From: Treponema sp.
GTDB lineage: Bacteria; Spirochaetota; Spirochaetia; Treponematales; Breznakiellaceae
Length of the DNA stretch: 59,841 nt
Direction of reading: 5' to 3'
Assembly (NCBI GenBank): GCA_031273325.1
Contig: JAISSB010000028.1
Location: forward strand, 1-59,841
Every line of letters begins with the position of its first letter. The stretch's first letter is position 1. Positions 47,646 through 59,202 of the stretch are shown here, in pieces. The position numbers and the translations under genes were made by a program. The notes under the pieces are model-generated. The model made no database searches. It worked only from the letters and a program-made list of their open reading frames with translations, and was not told where the DNA came from.

Positions 47646-48536
47646 ATGAAGAATAAGAGTCTTTATCTTGGATTGGTTGCCCTTGTTGTGGCAATGAGTG
47701 TAGTGTTGATCGCCTGCAAAGACGATGATCCCGAAACATCACCTGCTACGTTCACCGTCACTTTTAACAGCAACGATGGAACTGCTGAAGCAGATCCGAC
47801 AACCAAAACGGTTACCGATGGTCAAACCGTCGATACATTGCCTGATGAGCCGACTAAAACCAATTACACATTTGCTGGTTGGAATACCGCAAAAAACGGT
47901 AGCGGCACAGCATTCACAGCTTCCACTAAAGTAACAGCGAACATCACGGTTTACGCCCAGTGGACAGAAAATACTACTGATGTTGACTACACCCTTCTCG
48001 CAGGTGAAAACGGTGCCGAACTTAAGCATGCTGGATTAAGCATTGAATCCGCCAAAAAAGGCGCAGCAAGCGGTGTTACCACCGTTGTCTTGACAGGCAC
48101 GATTGATCACGGTATTCCGACCGGCTTGGAAGAAAGTTTTGTTGTTGCGCAGTTTACAACAGAAACTTCAGCAGAGATACCGACACAGTATTCCGCATTT
48201 GTAATCGAAGGGCTTGATCTGGGAATCGGTGTGCACATTAAGCAAACAAACAAATCTTTCATCCTGTACAAGGGTGGGGCATCGTATGGTGCAGGTGCCG
48301 CAAACTGGCCAGATCAAAACGGTATTTATGTCGAGGGCGACGACGAAATCCTCTACAAAGACAAAACCTATACCGCCGACTATATAACGGCCGATGACGA
48401 TACATTGAGCATACTGTTTGCAGACGGCGTCACGCCTGAGACAGCTAAGTTGGAGATAACGCCTGTTGGCAAGTCAACGTACACGGTTATTATTGACTGG
48501 AGCAGGGTAATATTTAATCCAGCTAATGGTGAATAA
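47646..48536 (+). CDS. Lipoprotein with an InlB B-repeat (Listeria-Bacteroides repeat) domain
   Basis: LIAC lipobox; TVTFNSN..PTKTNYTFAGWNT..TVYAQW; GAGGAGG RBS. Confidence 0.85.
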   Translation: MKNKSLYLGLVALVVAMSVVLIACKDDDPETSPATFTVTFNSNDGTAEADPTTKTVTDGQTVDTLPDEPTKTNYTFAGWNTAKNGSGTAFTASTKVTANITVYAQWTENTTDVDYTLLAGENGAELKHAGLSIESAKKGAASGVTTVVLTGTIDHGIPTGLEESFVVAQFTTETSAEIPTQYSAFVIEGLDLGIGVHIKQTNKSFILYKGGASYGAGAANWPDQNGIYVEGDDEILYKDKTYTADYITADDDTLSILFADGVTPETAKLEITPVGKSTYTVIIDWSRVIFNPANGE

Positions 48537-48554
48537 TATACGCATGCGCGTATG

Positions 48555-48585
48555 AAAGAGCGGCTCCGCGGAGCCGCTCTTTTTT
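48555..48585 (+). terminator. Rho-independent terminator
   Basis: AAAGAGCGGCTCCG-CGGAGCCGCTCTTT inverted repeat plus T-run. Confidence 0.85.
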
Positions 48586-48598
48586 GTTAAAATAAGCT

Positions 48599-50134
48599 AT
48601 GGACTATGGAAAAATAATTCACATTTTTGATACAACCTTGCGTGACGGAGAACAAGCACCCGGGTGCAGCATGAATTTAACAGAAAAGATCGCCGTTGCC
48701 CGACAGTTGGAGCGCTTGGGCGTTGACGTCATTGAAGCCGGATTTCCCGCTTCAAGTCCCGGCGATTTAACCGCCGTAAAAGCTATTGCCCAACTGATCA
48801 AAGACGCTACTGTTGCCGCACTATGCCGGGCTTTGAAAACCGACATTGATAAAGCGTGGGAAGCTTTGGCATCTGCCGTCCGCCCGCGGATCCATATTTT
48901 CTTGGCAACATCTCCCATTCATCTCCGCTATAAATTGCACATTTCTCCCGAACAAATGCTCGAACAGGCAGTTGCCGCCGTCTCTTATGCAAAACAATAC
49001 TGTGAAGAAGTGGAATTTTCTGCCGAAGATGCAACGCGCAGCGACCTTGACTTCGTTGCTGCCGTGTTTTCGGCAGTTATTAAAGCAGGCGCCCGCATCG
49101 TCAATATTCCGGATACCGTCGGCTATGCCCTTCCGCAAGAATTCGCAGCGCTCGTTTCGGCAATCAAAGAACGCACCGAGAATATAGAACACGTGCAGCT
49201 TTCGGTCCATTGCCACAACGATTTAGGGCTTGCAGTGGCAAACAGTCTTGCGGCTATTGAAGCGGGAGCTACGCAGGTTGAATGTACGATCAACGGGCTT
49301 GGAGAACGTGCGGGTAACGCTTCGTTGGAAGAAATCGTTATGGGGCTTCGGGTTCGGCATAACTTTCTGCACGCTGATACAGCAATCTGCACCGAACAGC
49401 TCTATGTGAGCAGTAAATTGGTATCGCAGGTAACCGGGGTAAAAGTGCAGCCGAATAAAGCAATTGTTGGAGACAATGCATTCTTGCATGAAGCTGGAAT
49501 TCATCAGCACGGTGTATTAGCAAACCGTGAAACCTATGAAATTATGAAACCGGAATCGATAGGCATTCCGCAGCAACGGTTTGTGTTAGGAAAACATTCC
49601 GGCCGCCATGCGTTTGAAACGCACCTGCAAAGTCTGGGAATGCCGGTGGATCCCGCGCTTTTAGATAAAATATTTCTACAGTTTAAAGAGTTAGCCGACC
49701 GTAAAAAAGAAGTTACAGACAGTGACGTCACAGCGCTCGTTATGGGGATTTCTGGAACAGTATCTGAAGTAACATGGAAACTTGACCGGTGGGTTGTGAA
49801 TTCCGGGTCGAGTTTAAGTGCAACGAGCGCTATTCGGCTGCAACATAAAGATGGAAGGTTGATTGAAAAAGTTTCGGTTGGTGACGGACCGATTGACGCG
49901 GCGTTCAAATCAATCAATCAAATTATCGAAAAAGAACCGGTATTAGAACTGTATGAACTGTCTGCAATAACAAGCGGAGAGGACGCACAGGGACAGACGA
50001 TGGTGAAAATTGCATGGAATAAACGGTGTTGGAATGGACGCGGCGTATCGACCGATATTGTTGAATCGTCAATAAAAGCGTATCTTGCAGCAATTAATGC
50101 GCTTGAATGGGAATTCGGCTCGACTGCTGATTAA
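48599..50134 (+). CDS. leuA: 2-isopropylmalate synthase
   Basis: [40 protein letters not shown]-terminal regulatory domain. Confidence 0.95.
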   Translation: MDYGKIIHIFDTTLRDGEQAPGCSMNLTEKIAVARQLERLGVDVIEAGFPASSPGDLTAVKAIAQLIKDATVAALCRALKTDIDKAWEALASAVRPRIHIFLATSPIHLRYKLHISPEQMLEQAVAAVSYAKQYCEEVEFSAEDATRSDLDFVAAVFSAVIKAGARIVNIPDTVGYALPQEFAALVSAIKERTENIEHVQLSVHCHNDLGLAVANSLAAIEAGATQVECTINGLGERAGNASLEEIVMGLRVRHNFLHADTAICTEQLYVSSKLVSQVTGVKVQPNKAIVGDNAFLHEAGIHQHGVLANRETYEIMKPESIGIPQQRFVLGKHSGRHAFETHLQSLGMPVDPALLDKIFLQFKELADRKKEVTDSDVTALVMGISGTVSEVTWKLDRWVVNSGSSLSATSAIRLQHKDGRLIEKVSVGDGPIDAAFKSINQIIEKEPVLELYELSAITSGEDAQGQTMVKIAWNKRCWNGRGVSTDIVESSIKAYLAAINALEWEFGSTAD

Positions 50135-50263
50135 AAATGCAGGAATATTCGCAGTGAAGCGATACTGTTGCAAAGTAGAATAAAAATTGTTATCATTATT
50201 GTTATCATTAACATGATTGAATCGAATAGCCATTAAAAAATTAGTTTTATAGAGGAGCTATAC

Positions 50264-52138
50264 ATGGCGGAGCAGCAGGAAAAACAACCAATGGCAAAAA
50301 TAGGAAGACCACGTCCTTTTGCCATTATTTTTTTGTTGGTAGTAGTTGGTTTGTTCGCAGTGTACCTTTTTAGAGGAAATGCACGCAATGTTCAAGAATT
50401 ATCATATTCTGAGTTTATTAATGCACTTGATAGAAAAGAAATTAGTGAAGCTAAAATCGTTGACGGTTCTATTATTGAAGGAATAATACAAAATAGCTCC
50501 GGACAACGGTTTATCTTTAAAACATTTATTCCCTATCAAGATCCTACTTTAATTCCTCGTTTGCAAAATAATAATGTACGAGTTTCAGGCGGTGTTTCCG
50601 GCGTTAGTATTACGAGAATCATTCTTGAATTAGTACCATGGATTATTGGGTTTGGGTTTATTTTTTTTATACTGCGGAACGCCCAAGGTCCAAATAATAA
50701 AGCATTACAGTTTGGTAAAAGCCGGGCGCGGCTCTATTCAGACGAAGGGAAAAGAGTGAGTTTTGCCGATGTTGCCGGTCAAAAAGATGCTAAATATGAA
50801 CTTGAAGAGGTTGTTTCTTTTTTAAAGAATCCTCAAAAATTTACTAAAATAGGGGCGCGAATCCCAAAAGGAGTGCTGCTCGTTGGCATGCCCGGCACTG
50901 GCAAAACGTTGATGGCACGGGCGGTTGCAGGAGAAGCTGGGGTACCGTATTTTCACATGAGCGGCTCTGATTTTGTTGAAATGTTCGTTGGTGTTGGAGC
51001 AAGCCGCGTGAGGGATCTCTTTGAACAGGGACGGAAAAATGCTCCGTGCATTATTTTTATTGATGAATTAGATGCTGTTGGGCGAACCCGAGGCGCAGGC
51101 TATGGCGGTGGACATGACGAGCGTGAACAAACATTAAATCAACTGCTTGTTGAAATGGACGGTTTTGATTCAAAAGAAGGGATTATTATATTAGCCGCAA
51201 CGAACCGTCCGGACGTTTTGGATCCCGCGATTCTGAGACCGGGACGTTTTGACCGTCAAGTCGTGGTAGCAATGCCGGATATTAAAGAACGTGAAGATAT
51301 TCTTAAAATTCATACTGCAAAAATTCCTCTTTCTAAAGAGGTGGATCTCAACCGCATTGCACGGGCAACACCGGGTATGAGCGGGGCAGATATTGCAAAC
51401 TTAGCAAATGAAGCAGCTCTTTTTGCAGCACGGCAAGATCAGAAAGTCGTAGAAATGGCAGATTTTGAAGAAGCACGCGACAAAATCTTAATGGGAGTTG
51501 CGCGAAAAACGCTTGCAATGTCGGAAAAAGAAAAACGTATGACCGCAATTCACGAGGCAGGACATGCGCTTCTATATTATTTTTTGAAAAATGTGGATCC
51601 ACTTCATAAAGTAACTATCGTTCCTCGGGGAAAGATGCTCGGTGGTGTTATGTCACTCCCTCAAGAAGATGTATATAGCCGTACGCGAGGGTGGCTTGAA
51701 GATTGCATTGTTGTTTCTTACGGTGGGTGGGCTGCCGAACAACTTATCTATGGAGAAACGACAACCGGCACGAAACAAGATATTCAACAAGCAACAGAAA
51801 TGGCACGGCGTATGGTGTGCGAATGGGGCATGTCTTCAGAGCTTGGAGCAGTAACCTATGGACAGGAAGATGAACCCATTTTTTTAGCACGCGATATTTC
51901 CCGCCATAAAGATTATTCTGAAGAAACAGCTAAACATATTGACAATGCAGTCCGTACAATTTTGGATACCGCACGGAAAACGGCAGAACGAATTCTTAAA
52001 GAACAAAAAGACAATTTAATAAGACTTGCAGACGCGCTGATAACCCATGAAACTTTAATCGACGAAGAAGTACGAGAATTACTTGGCTTTCCTCCGCAAA
52101 AAAATAATTTTGCGTTGATAACGGCACATCCGTCCTAA
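50264..52138 (+). CDS. ftsH: ATP-dependent zinc metalloprotease FtsH
   Basis: Two TM segments, [26 protein letters not shown]. Confidence 0.96.
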   Translation: MAEQQEKQPMAKIGRPRPFAIIFLLVVVGLFAVYLFRGNARNVQELSYSEFINALDRKEISEAKIVDGSIIEGIIQNSSGQRFIFKTFIPYQDPTLIPRLQNNNVRVSGGVSGVSITRIILELVPWIIGFGFIFFILRNAQGPNNKALQFGKSRARLYSDEGKRVSFADVAGQKDAKYELEEVVSFLKNPQKFTKIGARIPKGVLLVGMPGTGKTLMARAVAGEAGVPYFHMSGSDFVEMFVGVGASRVRDLFEQGRKNAPCIIFIDELDAVGRTRGAGYGGGHDEREQTLNQLLVEMDGFDSKEGIIILAATNRPDVLDPAILRPGRFDRQVVVAMPDIKEREDILKIHTAKIPLSKEVDLNRIARATPGMSGADIANLANEAALFAARQDQKVVEMADFEEARDKILMGVARKTLAMSEKEKRMTAIHEAGHALLYYFLKNVDPLHKVTIVPRGKMLGGVMSLPQEDVYSRTRGWLEDCIVVSYGGWAAEQLIYGETTTGTKQDIQQATEMARRMVCEWGMSSELGAVTYGQEDEPIFLARDISRHKDYSEETAKHIDNAVRTILDTARKTAERILKEQKDNLIRLADALITHETLIDEEVRELLGFPPQKNNFALITAHPS

Positions 52139-52152
52139 TTTAAGGAAGGAAT

Positions 52153-53703
52153 ATGATTATTTTAGTATTTTTATCGTTCATTGCTCAACCGCTTGCTGCT
52201 CAAGATACAGCTATTGTGGCGCGTTACATTAGGTGGGCAGAACAATCATTTTCTCAGAATCATAGAGCTGAAGCTCTTGCTGCCTTAGAACGGGCGCAAG
52301 ATTTTGCTTCTGTTTCTTCTGATGTTTCATACTTGCTGGCGTGGATACGGTTTCAGCAAAAAGGATCACTCGGTTCAGTTCTTGTTCCTTTATGGCAAGC
52401 TATTGAAACAAATCGCTGGAATACCTACACCGAAGAATCGGCGCGTCTCCTTGAAGCGGAAATATTGATCACAGTACGGCGCTTTGATCAAGCTCTCCGC
52501 GTGTTAGAGTATGTCCCTCTCAGCGCTGATTCTTTATGGCTTAAGGTGCGTGCATTGCACAACATAGATAGACAGCACTGTCTTAGTGAGCTTAAAAAAG
52601 CTTTAGCATTGTATCCGCGGGAGCCGAGACTTGTACGGTTCTTTTTTGAGCAGTATGCCGAATTAGAGCCTTCGATAACAGATAATCTTATACTTCATTT
52701 ACCTTCATTGGTCAATGCTGACCCTTCTTTTTTGTATATTGTAAGCCCATTTTTGACTGATAAAAATCAGGCAGTTACGTTAATCGAATCGTACCGGGCA
52801 ATGTTTCCTCATGATTCCCGTCATTTGCCGGCAGCACTCAATGTTGGAGCAATCGATGAACAAACGGCTATTGAGGAATTATTTGCTGTAAAAGAACTTG
52901 ACAAAACAGTGCTTGAACAGGTGTACGCACTGCTCCGGACAGATTCAACACAACATACCTATATGCAGCGGTTACTTCAATTCACCGGAACTATAACAGA
53001 AGATATCGACCGTGACGGTGTAGTAGAATCGTATACTGAGTATAAAAATGGTTCGCTTCAATCATATTTTTATGATTCTAATCAAGACGGTTTATATGAC
53101 TATAGTATTTTTTTTGAATCTGAATTACCAAAACGAGCAGTACTGATAACGACGGCGGAACCTGCCGCTCCTTTTGCCTTTCCAGTCTATGATTCTGACC
53201 GTAATCTGGCACATATTCAGTGGGAATATTATCCTTACGTTTCTTATTCTGCTATTGATCACGAACGGTACGTACCGGCGGCAGGAAGTCTTATAACAGA
53301 ACCAATTACGTTGCAACATTTTATTGGATCTTTTTTATATCCCCAGCCAAATCCGCATTTTATTCCACTCAATAAAAATATGCTTAGTATGTCTGCACGG
53401 TATATTGAACGGCCAAGTAGTATGTTTAGCAATATAACTGAAATAGTTGAACTCAATGAAGGAATTCCGTATAGAGCAAGAGAATATAATGCTACCGGTT
53501 TATTACTATCAGAAACAGTATTTTCCCACGGGAAACCGGTTACTCAAACGATTGATTTAGATTGTGACGGTCGAAGAGAAACAATATGGCATTTTCTCCC
53601 GGACATGGAAAGTGCTTATATTCTTAGTTATTCAGAAAGTGATTGGGATAATGACGGAGAATTCGAATATATTGAATACATAGAATATAATCACTATGAT
53701 TAA
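52153..53703 (+). CDS. Hypothetical exported protein with a helical-repeat N-terminus
   Basis: Signal peptide, TPR-like helices, several DxDxDG motifs. Confidence 0.7.
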   Translation: MIILVFLSFIAQPLAAQDTAIVARYIRWAEQSFSQNHRAEALAALERAQDFASVSSDVSYLLAWIRFQQKGSLGSVLVPLWQAIETNRWNTYTEESARLLEAEILITVRRFDQALRVLEYVPLSADSLWLKVRALHNIDRQHCLSELKKALALYPREPRLVRFFFEQYAELEPSITDNLILHLPSLVNADPSFLYIVSPFLTDKNQAVTLIESYRAMFPHDSRHLPAALNVGAIDEQTAIEELFAVKELDKTVLEQVYALLRTDSTQHTYMQRLLQFTGTITEDIDRDGVVESYTEYKNGSLQSYFYDSNQDGLYDYSIFFESELPKRAVLITTAEPAAPFAFPVYDSDRNLAHIQWEYYPYVSYSAIDHERYVPAAGSLITEPITLQHFIGSFLYPQPNPHFIPLNKNMLSMSARYIERPSSMFSNITEIVELNEGIPYRAREYNATGLLLSETVFSHGKPVTQTIDLDCDGRRETIWHFLPDMESAYILSYSESDWDNDGEFEYIEYIEYNHYD

Positions 53704-53792
53704 TACTGTGATCACCAGTATTGCGTGTCACGTTCAACATTAAAGGTCTTATATAATAAGTCATTTTTGACTGTTTTGATATGGAGGGGAAC

Positions 53793-54875
53793 ATGTCATT
53801 TGCATTAAATAGCTATCCAACTGTATATCGAGCGAAATACCGTGAACATTCACAATGGAGTGCTGAATATTTAGAAAAAACACATCTTACACCGGCGGAA
53901 GAAGCTTCTCTTCCAGAGAAAGAACGTGACGCATTGGAACAAAGTCGGAACATGTATGACGATATGCCGCTGGTAAATTATACAAGTCAATATGGTATTT
54001 CATGTTTTGAGGGATTGAAAGCTTTACCACAGAAAAACGGAGGACTTGCTTTATTCCGTCCGGATCAAAATGCAGCACGATTCAAGCGTTCAATGGAAGG
54101 GCTTTTTATGCCTGGTTTTCCTGAACATGATTTTCTGACTGCTTGTATAGAAACGGTTAAACGCAATGCGGTGCTTGGTTTTTCTCCTCAATATAAGATG
54201 GAATGGGAAAAAGATTCGTTTGCAACTGCCGATTCTGTCTATATTCGTCCTTTTACGGTAGCAGAAAGTGGTATAGGAGTAAATCTATGCCGTGAACCGT
54301 GGGTTGTTATTATTAATACTCCGGTAAGCGCGTATTTTTCCGGTATAACGAATGACGCGGTTATTACCGAGCGGATCCGTGCTACACCAAAAGGAACCGG
54401 TTGGATTAAAGCGGCTTCAAATTACGTTATATCTGCTCTTGCAAAACATGAAGCTCAAGAAGCTGGTTATATGGAATGTATTTATTTAGACGCAACAAAG
54501 CGTACCTATATTGAAGAGGGTTCTTCATGTAATATTTTCTTTTTTCTCAAATCGGGAGAATTAGTTACTCCTGAATTAGGGGACACTATCTTACCGGGCA
54601 TTACCAGAGCAAGTCTGATTGAATTAGCGCGGGACCTGAATATTAACGTTTCAGAACGTAAAATTTCCATTGAAGAAGCTCTTTCGGAAACAAAAGAATG
54701 TTTTGTGAGTGGTACTGCCGTGGGGGCTACCTCTATTGATTCACTTACGTACCGTGGGAAAAAGGCGGTTTTTGAAACAAACGGTGCACTAACCGCTCAG
54801 TTGCGAAATATCCTTAAAGGTATTCAATACGGTATTATTCCGGATGCAAAAGGGTGGATGATTCCAATCTTTTAG
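53793..54875 (+). CDS. ilvE: Branched-chain amino acid aminotransferase (class IV)
   Basis: CFEGLKA, FRPDQNAARF, YIRPF, KAASNY, ILPGITR, SGTA. Confidence 0.88.
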   Translation: MSFALNSYPTVYRAKYREHSQWSAEYLEKTHLTPAEEASLPEKERDALEQSRNMYDDMPLVNYTSQYGISCFEGLKALPQKNGGLALFRPDQNAARFKRSMEGLFMPGFPEHDFLTACIETVKRNAVLGFSPQYKMEWEKDSFATADSVYIRPFTVAESGIGVNLCREPWVVIINTPVSAYFSGITNDAVITERIRATPKGTGWIKAASNYVISALAKHEAQEAGYMECIYLDATKRTYIEEGSSCNIFFFLKSGELVTPELGDTILPGITRASLIELARDLNINVSERKISIEEALSETKECFVSGTAVGATSIDSLTYRGKKAVFETNGALTAQLRNILKGIQYGIIPDAKGWMIPIF

Positions 54876-54883
54876 GAGTATAT

Positions 54884-56113
54884 ATGCAATATAGAAAGGA
54901 TAAAAAATCCGGCAATGAACTGTCTGTTCTTGGATTTGGTTGTATGCGCTTTCCCCGGAAAGGTGGCAGGCATAGTGCCGGTTCTCAAAATTTTAGCGCA
55001 ATTGATCTAAAAAAAACTGAGCAACTCCTTATGGAGGCTGTTGAACAGGGAGTTAATTATTTTGATACTGCATATTTATATCCTAAAAGTGAAGAATCTG
55101 TTGGAACTGTGTTTGAAAAAAATAACGTACGTGAAAAAGTCTATATTGCAACTAAATTGCCCTTAATATTTTGTCACAACCGGAATGATTTTGACAGATT
55201 TTTTACGAAAAGCCTTGACCGTCTTAAAACTTCGTATATTGATTATTTTTTATTACACATGCTTACTAATTTTAATCAATGGGAACAATTACGAGCGTGG
55301 GGTGTTGAATCGTGGATTACAGAACAAAAAAAATTAGGAAAAATTCGGTATATCGGTTTTTCTTACCACGGCTCGTTGCAAGAATTTTTAAAAATTATAG
55401 ACTCATATCCGTGGGAATTTACCCAAATTCAGTACAATTATTCAGACGAAAATTTTCAAGCTGGAATTACTGGTCTTAAAAAAGCTGCCGAAACGATGCC
55501 GGTCATTATTATGGAACCACTCCTTGGAGGTAAATTAGCAACTGGGTTACCAGAAAAAGCGGTACAACTCTTCAAAAACGCAAATCCGACACTGTCTCCT
55601 GCTGCGTGGGCACTTAACTGGATCTGGAATCAGATTGAAGCGACGGTAATTCTTTCCGGTATGAATACCCTCGAACAATTACATGAAAACGTTCAAACAG
55701 CTAATAATGCTGTACCAGGACTATTAAGCACCGAAGACATGACGGTATTTCAGAAAGTACGTGAAGTTCTCAACAGTACGTACAAAATTCATTGTACCGG
55801 TTGTAATTACTGTATGCCATGCTCCCACGGAGTCAATATCCCTGCATGTTTTTCTGCATACAACACTTCATTTGCTTTAGGTATGTCACTTGGAATGCAA
55901 CAGTATACCACGAGTACAGCAGTTACTTCAAAACAAACACATGGAGCAAGTCTTTGCACGAAATGCGGAGCTTGTGAAACTCACTGTCCACAACATTTGC
56001 CTATCCGTGAACATCTGGAACAAGTACGAAAACGAATGGAACCGTGGTGGTTTCGCTTCGGAGTTAGAACTGCCCGAATATTCCTCGGACATTCGCGTGC
56101 TAAAAACAGTTAA
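54884..56113 (+). CDS. Aldo/keto reductase with C-terminal 4Fe-4S domain
   Basis: LGFGCMRFP, NYFDTAY, IMEPLLGG, CTGCNYCMPC, CTKCGACETHCPQ. Confidence 0.92.
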   Translation: MQYRKDKKSGNELSVLGFGCMRFPRKGGRHSAGSQNFSAIDLKKTEQLLMEAVEQGVNYFDTAYLYPKSEESVGTVFEKNNVREKVYIATKLPLIFCHNRNDFDRFFTKSLDRLKTSYIDYFLLHMLTNFNQWEQLRAWGVESWITEQKKLGKIRYIGFSYHGSLQEFLKIIDSYPWEFTQIQYNYSDENFQAGITGLKKAAETMPVIIMEPLLGGKLATGLPEKAVQLFKNANPTLSPAAWALNWIWNQIEATVILSGMNTLEQLHENVQTANNAVPGLLSTEDMTVFQKVREVLNSTYKIHCTGCNYCMPCSHGVNIPACFSAYNTSFALGMSLGMQQYTTSTAVTSKQTHGASLCTKCGACETHCPQHLPIREHLEQVRKRMEPWWFRFGVRTARIFLGHSRAKNS

Positions 56114-56832
56114 CGCCAAGAAACTTCATAATGGAGTGCCGTTTCAAGTACTAAAAGATCGATTAAAGGAATATCAAATTCAACCCTTCTTCCATTGAAA
56201 ACTCCTCCCTGGCTTCGAGAGACAGGACGCGGAAATTCGATAGTTGCACGGATTCGTGCAGCGGCAATTTCGTCAGCAATTGGTTTATTGTACACCGACC
56301 GTACTAAATCTAAATATGCGGCTTTAGAAAGTATTTCGCCCGTAACTACTGGTGCCATGATAGCAGCAAGATATTCTGAAACTTCTTTTGAAACCAAATC
56401 AACAATCTGTGGACCGCTTAACCTATCAATATCTATAGCAAAATTGCCGTCAGTAGATTTTGTTGGAGCACGGTAGCGTGAAAATTGCTTGCCTCCTTGT
56501 GAGGTTTGAACCGAAAGAAATTTATTTATGTCGGCTACAATGATAGTTCCTTCAATGGTCGTTGGATTAATATTTCGAAGATCAGCAGAACGTACCCCCG
56601 CTGAAGCGCTTAACGAAGCAGCAATTTCAGATCCATTAACCACTAAATTTCCCGGATTTGTTCGAGCATTAACCGCTGACAACTGTCGGATAAGTGCTGC
56701 CATACGCGGTTCAACCGTCATACGGAGAGTCACTGTTGCTGAACCGTCTGCACGAACAGTACTGGAAATACGGGCAGTACACGAAACTAAAAAAAGTGAA
56801 AGTACAACAAAACTATAATATATTCTTTTCAT
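56110..56832 (-). CDS. Hypothetical lipoprotein
   Basis: MKRIYYSFVVLSLFLVSC lipobox. Confidence 0.7.
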   Translation of the reverse strand: MKRIYYSFVVLSLFLVSCTARISSTVRADGSATVTLRMTVEPRMAALIRQLSAVNARTNPGNLVVNGSEIAASLSASAGVRSADLRNINPTTIEGTIIVADINKFLSVQTSQGGKQFSRYRAPTKSTDGNFAIDIDRLSGPQIVDLVSKEVSEYLAAIMAPVVTGEILSKAAYLDLVRSVYNKPIADEIAAARIRATIEFPRPVSRSQGGVFNGRRVEFDIPLIDLLVLETALHYEVSWR

Positions 56833-56853
56833 AAAAAAGAACGGTGTGAAACC

Positions 56854-57060
56854 TCATACATTTTGGTTTAAAACACCGCGGCAGGTTAAAACCTGCCTCC
56901 TTTCTCTCAATATTGTTTTTCGTGTCCCTAACAGAGACAATTTCTTTTCTTCCGAATATGGAATCTTTTTAGTAATCAAATCCTTTTTTAGATAAAGAGT
57001 CAACTCCCTGAAGAATTGCCCATTACAACAGTTCTTGATCTTCATAAGATTTTGTTCCAT
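56854..57060 (-). CDS. Small hypothetical ORF
   Basis: 68 aa, ATG start, fills an intergenic gap; no recognisable motif. Confidence 0.3.
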   Translation of the reverse strand: MEQNLMKIKNCCNGQFFRELTLYLKKDLITKKIPYSEEKKLSLLGTRKTILRERRQVLTCRGVLNQNV

Positions 57061-57153
57061 ACTATCTATAACTAAAACAAACGGAAACCTGAATTCCGTA
57101 CATAATTAAGGAGAATAAAGTGCCTTGCGGAAGAAAACGCAAACTACAAAAAA

Positions 57154-59058
57154 TTGCGACCCATAAACGTAAAAAAAAGCTACGGAAAAATCGACACAAA
57201 AGCAAATAAATCTTCAATTCTTGCACGCATCAAGGGGCCGGTTGATCTAAAGGCGCTCAATGCGAGCGAGATTGAAATACTTGTCCAGGAACTTCGTGAC
57301 ACTATTATAACAACAGTAAGTTGTACAGGCGGGCACTTAGCTTCAAACTTAGGAACGATTGAGTTAACTGTCGCACTCCACAGGGTCTTTGATTCTCCAA
57401 AGGATGCAATTGTTTTTGACGTTGGACATCAATGTTATACGCATAAACTTTTAACGGGGCGTTTTAACCGTTTTGGTACGTTGAGACAGGCAGAAGGATT
57501 GTCAGGTTTTCCAAACCGTAGCGAAAGTGTCTATGACATATTTAATACCGGACATGCGTCAACGGCAATTTCCGGGGCGCTTGGTTTACTGTTAGGAAAT
57601 CAGTTACAAGATATTTCCACGCATGTTGTTGCCGTTATTGGAGACGGTGCGCTTACTGGTGGACTTGCATACGAGGCGCTTTCTCATGCAGGGCATCTTC
57701 AAGTTCCATTGATTATCATTCTCAATGATAATGCAATGTCCATTAGTCCGAATGTCGGGGCACTTTCCCATTATTTAAGCAGACTTTCTATGAAACGGCA
57801 TTATCAACTGTTACGGCAGGCGCTTGATTCTACTTTACAGCATATTCCTATACTTTTTCGATTGATGGAACGAATAAAAAGAGCCATTAAAGCAGTAGTT
57901 TATGTAGATAATTTTTTTGTCGATCTTGGGTTTGAGTATGTTGGGCCCATCGAAGGACATTCTGTTGCTAAACTCGAACATGTTTTTCGTGACGTGCGTG
58001 ACTTAGGCCGTCCGGTTGTCGTACATGTTCTGAGTAAAAAAGGAAAAGGGTATTCTTATGCAGAGCAGGATCCGGGGACTTATCACAGTGTTGGAGTTTT
58101 TTCTGTAACCGAAGGAATTAAAACTGGTTACCACCGTGAGCAAACGTTTACTGATGTTTTCGGTACTGTGTTGACAGCAGAGGGCCGCTCCGATCCCCAC
58201 ATTGTAGCAATTACGGCTGCTATGGAAAAAGGGACCGGGTTAAGCGGTTTTTTTCAACAATTTCCCAAGCGCTTTTTTGATGTTGGTATTGCTGAAGAGC
58301 ATGCGGTTACGTTTGCGGCTGGGCTTGCAATACGAGGGTTACGCCCTGTAGTAGCTATCTATTCAACGTTTATACAGCGGGCGGTTGATCAAATTATTCA
58401 TGATGTTGCCTTACAAAAATTACCGGTTATTTTTTGTGTTGATCGTGCAGGATTAGTGAGCGACGACGGAGAAACGCACCAGGGCTTATATGATATTGCG
58501 TTGTTTCGTTGCATTCCTTCATTTATAATCCTTGCACCGGCAGGAAAAACAGAATTAACATTAATGCTCCGCTATGCACTGCATCAAACAGAAAGACCTG
58601 TTATGATCCGCTACCCTAAAAGTACGTGCCTAACGGAAATTCCGATATGTTCTACCCCATTGGTAGAAGGCCGCGGTATTTTTATTCGAAAAAATGGAAC
58701 ATCGATATGTATTGCATTTACGGGAAGTCTTTACCAGCAAATGATTGAAGTAGCAAAACAAATTGAAACTATTGATCTTTATAATATCCGTTTTATTAAA
58801 CCGGTTGATGAACAGTATTTAATTCAATGGGTTTCCTGCTATAAAACGCTTGTGCTCATTGAAGAGGGCATACAGACGGGAGGTTTTGGAGAGTATGTTG
58901 CAGAATTAATGCAACGGTACCAATGTCAAACACACGTTGTAATTATGGCTATTTCCGGAACAAAACCTGCGTTGGGAAAAAGAGATGAATTATTACGGTT
59001 TAATGCTTTAGATAGTACAAGTATCACACAAAATATTTTAAAAATATTGAATAATTAA
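57154..59058 (+). CDS. dxs: 1-deoxy-D-xylulose-5-phosphate synthase
   Basis: GGHLASNLG, DVGHQCYTHK, GDGALTGG, LNDN, FDVGIAEEHAV, DGETHQG; start uncertain. Confidence 0.95.
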   Translation: MRPINVKKSYGKIDTKANKSSILARIKGPVDLKALNASEIEILVQELRDTIITTVSCTGGHLASNLGTIELTVALHRVFDSPKDAIVFDVGHQCYTHKLLTGRFNRFGTLRQAEGLSGFPNRSESVYDIFNTGHASTAISGALGLLLGNQLQDISTHVVAVIGDGALTGGLAYEALSHAGHLQVPLIIILNDNAMSISPNVGALSHYLSRLSMKRHYQLLRQALDSTLQHIPILFRLMERIKRAIKAVVYVDNFFVDLGFEYVGPIEGHSVAKLEHVFRDVRDLGRPVVVHVLSKKGKGYSYAEQDPGTYHSVGVFSVTEGIKTGYHREQTFTDVFGTVLTAEGRSDPHIVAITAAMEKGTGLSGFFQQFPKRFFDVGIAEEHAVTFAAGLAIRGLRPVVAIYSTFIQRAVDQIIHDVALQKLPVIFCVDRAGLVSDDGETHQGLYDIALFRCIPSFIILAPAGKTELTLMLRYALHQTERPVMIRYPKSTCLTEIPICSTPLVEGRGIFIRKNGTSICIAFTGSLYQQMIEVAKQIETIDLYNIRFIKPVDEQYLIQWVSCYKTLVLIEEGIQTGGFGEYVAELMQRYQCQTHVVIMAISGTKPALGKRDELLRFNALDSTSITQNILKILNN

Positions 59059-59096
59059 AAGCTACAGCAACCTTGTTCTCAGTCTTGTCTCTACAG

Positions 59097-59146
59097 TTTA
59101 CGGAAAAAAGAAAGCCCACTGCCTGTGGGATGAAATTCCCTGTAAA
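59097..59146 (+). mobile_element. Solo IS200/IS605-like end hairpin, homologous to 38556-38612 (minus strand)
   Basis: GGAAAAAAGAAAGCCCAC..CCTGTGGGATGAAATTCCCTGTAAA. Confidence 0.45.
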
Positions 59147-59202
59147 CATTTCAATTATGGAATAGAATACTCATAATGGAAGCTGATAAATGGGAAACAT
59201 TC

